In this document: one piece after another, positions 62,988-64,000 of the stretch
How the letters are laid out: each line of letters opens with the position of its first letter
How positions within the stretch are numbered: the stretch's first letter is position 1
NCBI GenBank assembly: GCA_002633005.1
Contig: NMRA01000039.1
Span: 179,225-243,224, forward strand
DNA length: 64,000 bases
Direction: 5' to 3'
DNA from: Phoronis australis
Taxonomy: Eukaryota > Animalia > Phoronida
Notes under the pieces: model-generated
Database searches by the model: none
Seen by the model: the letters and a program-made list of their open reading frames with translations, nothing else
Told to the model about the DNA's origin: nothing
Translations under genes and position numbers: made by a program

Positions 62988-64000
62988 GTATTGTGACTTT
63001 GACTGTTTATTAAAGTCTATATAAACTTGCATTCTTTCAAAGAGTTCATATCAAAATCTCATAATTTTTTCAAATTTTAATTTTTTTTTTCTGCTGGTAG
63101 GAGTGGAAAATGGAAAACATTAGTTTGGTGCTACATATTTTTTAGGGAAACATCAGCCATATTGTGCCCTATTGGAGCAGATAAGTTATAAACAGATGGG
63201 GATACTAAAGGTGGCTTCCCACTAGTCAAACTGGAATAAAGAACTATTATTGTAATATAGCTTAAGATAATTGAGCAACCATAGCAAATTGTCGTTTTCC
63301 CACTGGACCACATTAACAGCCAAAACAGTACAGTAAATATCTAAGGTTAAACAAATTAAGACCACAGATAACACATTTATCAGACCATGTGGAAGGAGTT
63401 CCATATAACAACGAAGCAAAATAGGCAAAACGATACATTTGTTGAAGTTGCACTGTACAGTTCTGTTGGGTTTTTGAAATGCCGGTTCAGAGGATCAACT
63501 GGTTAATTAAATTTCAGTCTCCAAAGAAAATCGTCCGTCATTTAAATCCAAGTTGACTTTCTCGCAAAAAACTGAGGCGACAATGCATGGCCTATGTAGT
63601 TTGGTACACACTAAGGTGCATTTCTGCATTTTGTAGTTGTTTTTTCCAACTTTTCACTAGCACTTTCGTATGTATGGAGTTGCGGCTGTCACTAGTGGTA
63701 GTGGTGAATGGGGAAATTGTGTAGTTGGTGTCTTCTGCAGTGCGTTAAGAATGGACATATTGTAGAAGTTTTCACTTAGTTTATACCATGTCTAAAATAA
63801 ACCCATAACATCTTACGGTAATACTATGCAACACATTTATCTATCAAAAGAAACATTTTCTCGCAGTTTTAAAAGCTAAGTTCGGGTCTTGGTCACATCC
63901 GAAACCAGCACGCAACATTTTCTGGCTGACCTTGGCTTGTCATTCAGTGGCAAGCAAGCAAACATCAGGGTCTTGTGACAACTTTTGATGACTTCTCTTT

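Overview
Intron-rich, AT-rich animal (invertebrate-like) genomic DNA with one assembly gap (2028-2568); there is no operon structure, rRNA, intact tRNA or CRISPR. Most short ORFs in the track are noise, so genes were rebuilt by hand from GT-AG exons with consistent phases. Six genes are supported: (1) the 3' end of a ZP-domain protein (+, 803-4047); (2) a 12-exon PLP-dependent class I/II aminotransferase (-, 8352-18405, 5' end unresolved); (3) an orphan coiled-coil protein (+, 24982-26829); (4) sorting nexin 4 (-, 30616-40460, 5' exons not found in the window); (5) a divergent SLC16/MCT-family transporter of about 1810 aa whose central loop is about 1360 aa and lies in one 4158-bp exon (+, 44055-58521); (6) a tandem SLC16 paralog with two candidate alternative first coding exons (+, 59399 to beyond 62987). 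Both SLC16 genes appear to be nested antisense in one SNX4 intron. Mobile DNA includes four Helentron-associated (HINE-like) elements carrying arrays of CTCF-consensus-like motifs, a Penelope-like GIY-YIG remnant interrupted by a palindromic copy of its own terminus, a TA-flanked DNA transposon with a HIRAN-like remnant, and several MITE families. All assignments come from manual reading and recalled family motifs; no searches were run.
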